Position numbers and translations under genes: made by a program. Below, in pieces: positions 7,656 to 11,105 of a stretch of 11,105 bases of DNA. The stretch spans positions 1 to 11,105 of the forward strand of contig JBAXIL010000046.1 in assembly GCA_037138355.1 (NCBI GenBank), written 5' to 3'. A model generated the notes under the pieces. The model was not told where the DNA came from, searched no databases, and saw nothing but the letters and a program-made list of their open reading frames with translations. Numbering within the stretch: the first letter of the stretch is position 1; each line of letters starts with the position of its first letter. The stretch comes from a bacterium (GTDB lineage Bacteria; Oederibacteriota; PGYV01; Palsa-1178).

Positions 7656-8732
7656 TTACTTTGTATCGTATGCCAGCTTGTCAGCCCATGTATCTAAAGT
7701 CATTTTGTTTATCATTAAAGACACAAGTATTTCTGGATCTTCTTTTACAAGTTGTTCAGCAAAAAGAGCGATTAGTTCCTTAGGCATTTCTCTTTTTACT
7801 AACAAATCAAGTAGTCCCTGAAACTTTTCCAGCTTTGATGCTTTAGGAGTTATGCGCTGCTTTACAGCTTCCTTTATCAAACCTGCCTGCCTAAAGTTAT
7901 CTGCTTTCAAAAACTTTTCTACTGCCATTTCTTCACGATCTAATACTTTCATAACTTCTATTAAAGAATTTTCCATAAAATCAATAAAAATATTTACAGT
8001 TTCTTCTGAAAGCATGGATTTGGCATAACGAATAGCTTTTTTTCTGGAAGCCATATCTGATTGACTGTCTATCTCAAGCTTTTTTATAACAATATCATAA
8101 AGCGACCAAGACCGCGGACAAGTCCATGGAGAAAATGGCTCTACAAGATTAGGACCACGATATAAATGAGTAGGGTTAGCGGTCAAAAAATCCTTAATGA
8201 TTTTACATGGTTGCTGATATGCCAACCACTCTCTCAGTGAAGGTTTTTTCATTTGAAATACCATAGAACGGCCGCCAGTCAAAGCAGAAGTAATTGATTT
8301 GGCAAAGGTGCCGTCATCTCCACCCATATTTCCAGAAATAACTATCATAGTATTATCTGGGAGTTTTATGTCGTCAATTTTTTTCATTTGAACTATATCT
8401 AATACTGCGCCTTGTACTGCCTCGTCTGCAAGGGTAAACTCATCAAAGTGAAGCAGCACATTTCCTTTTTTCTTAATGATATCATTCCACATTTGTGGTG
8501 GTTTCCAAACCATGAATTCCTTTGACAAATCAGGCATACCTTTTATGTCATAAGCCTCTAAACGCCCTAAGGATAAAGGCATATATTCGCGTTTTAGTTC
8601 TTCCGCAATCTCTTTTGAAGCATAGGATTTGCCTATGCCTGGCTCACCAAATATCATGACAGCAGGTGGACAATCAAAGGTGTTTAAATCTCTGATTAAT
8701 TCTTTAAACTCTTCTGGGGTAATTTTTTCCAT
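7656..8732 (-). CDS. MoxR-like AAA+ ATPase (DUF2201-associated type)
   Basis: Walker A GEPGIGKS, YDIKGMP, Walker B LLHFDE, sensor-1 ISGN, Arg finger in SALTGGR and sensor-2 TCPRSW. Confidence 0.92.
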   Translation of the reverse strand: MEKITPEEFKELIRDLNTFDCPPAVMIFGEPGIGKSYASKEIAEELKREYMPLSLGRLEAYDIKGMPDLSKEFMVWKPPQMWNDIIKKKGNVLLHFDEFTLADEAVQGAVLDIVQMKKIDDIKLPDNTMIVISGNMGGDDGTFAKSITSALTGGRSMVFQMKKPSLREWLAYQQPCKIIKDFLTANPTHLYRGPNLVEPFSPWTCPRSWSLYDIVIKKLEIDSQSDMASRKKAIRYAKSMLSEETVNIFIDFMENSLIEVMKVLDREEMAVEKFLKADNFRQAGLIKEAVKQRITPKASKLEKFQGLLDLLVKREMPKELIALFAEQLVKEDPEILVSLMINKMTLDTWADKLAYDTK

Positions 8733-8755
8733 TTATGTTCTCCTTTTATTAAGTT

Positions 8756-9607
8756 CTAAAAACTTTCCTTTAATATCTTAATCGCATTAGCTACTTTTTG
8801 ACTTAGCATAACAATCTCGTCAATTTTTTCAAATATGTTCAATTGCTTTTTTTTATTTTCCTTTTTATTATCATATTCTGCGAGCTCATGTGAAATACCA
8901 CCTGCCCCGATCAAAAACCGTATCATAGCGACTTCTTCTGACTTAAAGCCTGTGAGAGCTTTTAGTATCTTTATCATGGGAACTTTTGCGCCTGAGGCAT
9001 TAGCTTCCACAAGTTCTTTTTTCAAAAATCTCGCCCCAGTTCTTGTAGTTAAAGAAGCAGCCACTTCTCTTTGTAGCCGCCATATAGAAGCATCAAGGGC
9101 TGTATTTTCGTTTCTGTTTTTTCTGTTTATATCTGCCCCTAAACTCAATAAGGTTTCAGCCATATTAACATCATCTTTTAAAGCAGCCCACATTAAGAGG
9201 GATCTGTCCTTGTCATTCCAGGCATTTATGTTTACTGCTTCTTTTATCATTTTCATAGCCACTTCTCTATTATCACTCATTATGGCAAGGGCTATAATAT
9301 TGATATAATCTTCAGATGTATTTTCTATAATAGGTGTTTTGAAGGTATGTACATTTTCATATATGACACTGTAATAATCTTTATTATATTTTCCACCAAC
9401 ACCATAATCTATGAGCAGCTTTATAATTTCAGGTGCATTCACTTCCATAGCAAATTGTATAGCATCGCTTCCGCTAAGACTTCTGATAAGATCTTTTCCA
9501 TAAAGGCATAGCATTTCATAAGCGGCTTCTTTTTTCCCATTATCCAGCATGACTGTAAATACATCTGGTAGAGATAAGATTGCTTCAGCTGTCAACACTG
9601 TTCTCAT
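8756..9607 (-). CDS. Ankyrin-repeat protein with long insertions (283 aa)
   Basis: AIQFAMEVNAPEIIKLLIDYG and NINAWNDKDRSLLMWAALKDDVNMAETLLSLGADINRKNRNENTALD. AAGGAG RBS. Confidence 0.88.
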   Translation of the reverse strand: MRTVLTAEAILSLPDVFTVMLDNGKKEAAYEMLCLYGKDLIRSLSGSDAIQFAMEVNAPEIIKLLIDYGVGGKYNKDYYSVIYENVHTFKTPIIENTSEDYINIIALAIMSDNREVAMKMIKEAVNINAWNDKDRSLLMWAALKDDVNMAETLLSLGADINRKNRNENTALDASIWRLQREVAASLTTRTGARFLKKELVEANASGAKVPMIKILKALTGFKSEEVAMIRFLIGAGGISHELAEYDNKKENKKKQLNIFEKIDEIVMLSQKVANAIKILKESF

Positions 9608-9653
9608 AAAATAGCTCCTTAATATTGATAAGTTTAATATTTTCTAAAAAGCT

Positions 9654-10094
9654 TTATACTGGGGGCAAATCATCTGGTGGAGTTGGGACTCTTTCATTTG
9701 CATTAGCTTTTGCCTTTTCCTTTTCCTTTGTTTCCCTAAAAAATTTTACAACTTTTGTTCTTACTTGATTTATTAAAACCAGCATGGTCGCAAACTCCTC
9801 ATGACTAATATAATTAGTATCAAAAAGCGCATAAAGTTTACTTTTAATGGTAGAGATATTTTCAAGCATTCCAAATCTTGCTGTATACCGTTCTTTATCA
9901 AATTCATACTTTTCATAAGCTACTGCCACCTCAGACATAACAGCCTCGGTTAAGTTTGTAATGTTGTTTCTTTCAAAGAAATTTTCCTTACCAGAGTTTT
10001 TATTTTTCATGATTGCAGAAGCAACTCTGTTTAATTCCCTACATGCCTGCCATGCTGGGAATTGTTCTAACACCGTTTTTTGTTTAGTTTTCAT
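9654..10094 (-). CDS. Divergent four-helix-bundle protein (23S rRNA IVP/TIGR02436/Avd-like fold)
   Basis: LEQFPAWQACREL...VMSEVAVAYEK...IKSKLYALFDTNYISHEEF matches the family pattern (FEDL.VWQ.AREL...SNIAEG.ER...SQLY.A.D..YI..EEF). AAGGAGGT RBS. Confidence 0.7.
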   Translation of the reverse strand: MKTKQKTVLEQFPAWQACRELNRVASAIMKNKNSGKENFFERNNITNLTEAVMSEVAVAYEKYEFDKERYTARFGMLENISTIKSKLYALFDTNYISHEEFATMLVLINQVRTKVVKFFRETKEKEKAKANANERVPTPPDDLPPV

Positions 10095-10315
10095 GTGACT
10101 TACCTCCTTTTTTTTTAAATTCTATAGCAGAAAAGATTTCTCTTACATTTTTAGAGTTCTTGGCTTTTGCCGCTTCGTGTAACTCTTGATATAAAAAACT
10201 TTCCTGTTTTATTCCTAAACTTTCTACCAGAATCAAATAACTGCTGGAGCTTAATATCGTCCCTATTTTCTAAAGCATTTCCTATCTCAGAATCTGGCCA
10301 TTCGCGTGGTAGCAT
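10084..10315 (-). pseudogene. Small ORF missing from the ORF track, apparently broken by one extra base (54 aa as read; ~76 aa if corrected)
   Basis: ATG 10315 has a GGGGAAGG RBS and lies ~43 bp downstream of the sigma54 box. Frame 0 stops at 10151. The +1 frame continues ...ESFLYQELHEAAKAKNSKNVREIFSAIEF... to a stop at 10084 that overlaps the next start. Confidence 0.5.
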
Positions 10316-10357
10316 ATACACCTTCCCCAAATAGAACTTAGCTTATACCTATATATA

Positions 10358-10373
10358 AGCAATCACCGTGCCA
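10358..10373 (-). promoter_or_regulatory. sigma54 (-24/-12) promoter of the ankyrin/AAA/vWA operon
   Basis: Minus strand TGGCACGGTGATTGCT is a perfect match to TGGCACG-N4-TTGCW. Confidence 0.85.
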
Positions 10374-10424
10374 CGAAATAGGGATATAAATATAAGGAAT
10401 AAAATAGATAATTTTATTGGTTTA

Positions 10425-10439
10425 TGTCAATTTTTGACG
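10425..10439. promoter_or_regulatory. Candidate enhancer (UAS) palindrome for a sigma54 activator
   Basis: TGTCAATTTTTGACG. The core TCAA-N3-TTGA begins 54 bp from the -24 box. Confidence 0.5.
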
Positions 10440-10472
10440 GATTTAATATGAAATTAACTGTTTGGTCTTTGT

Positions 10473-11105
10473 TTACTTATTTGCTATTCTTTTAATAACC
10501 TCTCTAACAAATACATCTATTTCTCCGCCTTTGGAATAATCGGCTTTAGCTGTGATATCCACGCGGCCGGCTTTTAAAAGTTCAGCCGAGACTTTACTTC
10601 CTTCTGCATTATCATAAACTGCAATTGATGTCCCTCTCCCATTACGCACAACTGTCATACAAGGCACATCTGTCAACCCGTCTCCTATATAAATGATATT
10701 AGAAAACGGTACAGGTCGCTTGTTTATGTCCATATGGGTATTTATATTTTCTTTTAAAGACTCTTTTCCTTTATTGATTCTAAAAATATACTGCGTTTTT
10801 ATCGTGTCGTTTACTATTACATTTGGAAAGGTGGCTCTACCATACTCGTCATAGTAATATTCACACGCAAATATATTATGAAAGTTCTTTGCGATTTTTG
10901 AGGCTTCTATGATTTCTTTTAATCCAGCTGAAATAATGTAATGCCTGATTTCCACACCTTTGAAATTTTTCTTTACATATTGATTTATGTTCTTGAAAAA
11001 TGTTTCAACGCCTTTAAAATATTTTATATCCTTGCCCATAGAGTGCAGCACAGCTTTTGTTATAGAAAACTTTTTTACTCCTGCGGCTTCTAACATCATG
11101 CGCAT
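10473..11105 (-). CDS. HAD-superfamily hydrolase, 5' end outside the window
   Basis: Motif II YIISAG, motif III Lys (TIKTQY) and motif IV YIGDGLTDVPCM. Motif I (DxD) is absent, so the N-terminus lies beyond 11105. Confidence 0.85.
   Translation of the reverse strand: MRMMLEAAGVKKFSITKAVLHSMGKDIKYFKGVETFFKNINQYVKKNFKGVEIRHYIISAGLKEIIEASKIAKNFHNIFACEYYYDEYGRATFPNVIVNDTIKTQYIFRINKGKESLKENINTHMDINKRPVPFSNIIYIGDGLTDVPCMTVVRNGRGTSIAVYDNAEGSKVSAELLKAGRVDITAKADYSKGGEIDVFVREVIKRIANK

Noticed and set aside
1429..9308. Plus-strand ORFs 1429-1821, 2235-2477, 3929-4333, 4243-4473, 4518-4760, 5670-5861, 6136-6369, 7429-7614 and 8835-9308
   Set aside because: All are antisense to well-supported genes. Their Phe/Ile/Leu/Ser-rich composition is what the reverse complement of Lys/Glu-rich AT-rich genes produces.
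2072..9607. Ankyrin proteins as secreted host-targeting effectors
   Set aside because: No signal peptides, F-box or other eukaryotic-type domains, or secretion genes are visible. The basic C-terminus of the 2072 protein alone is insufficient. This is not excluded, only unsupported.
9654..10470. Diversity-generating retroelement suggested by the Avd-like fold
   Set aside because: No reverse transcriptase is present, and I could see no TR/VR repeat pair differing at adenines in the window.
1..11105. CRISPR arrays, tRNA/rRNA genes, strong intrinsic terminators
   Set aside because: I found no regularly spaced repeats, cloverleaf or rRNA motifs, or GC-rich hairpin plus U-tract by eye. Intergenic gaps are short.

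Overview
This is an AT-rich bacterial window. The left end (~1-1427) is an IS3-like DDE insertion sequence: orfA and orfB are joined by a -1 A9G frameshift, and the element has truncated a pirin gene. All other genes are on the minus strand. A sigma54-type promoter (10358-10373) heads a probable operon: frameshifted small ORF, divergent four-helix-bundle protein, ankyrin protein, MoxR-like AAA+ ATPase, HExxH-peptidase/vWA protein (DUF2201-like), then two more ankyrin proteins. Next is a sigma70-driven two-gene module with an inverted-repeat operator (small basic protein plus GSU2403/NTP_transf_8-like nucleotidyltransferase), resembling a toxin-antitoxin pair. A second sigma54-type promoter (3764-3779) drives a calcineurin-like metallophosphoesterase and a fourth ankyrin protein. 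Both sigma54 promoters carry the same palindrome, TCAA-N3-TTGA, 53-54 bp upstream, which suggests one co-regulated ankyrin/AAA/vWA/phosphoesterase system. A 5'-truncated HAD hydrolase closes the window. All family assignments come from motif recognition by eye, not from database searches.
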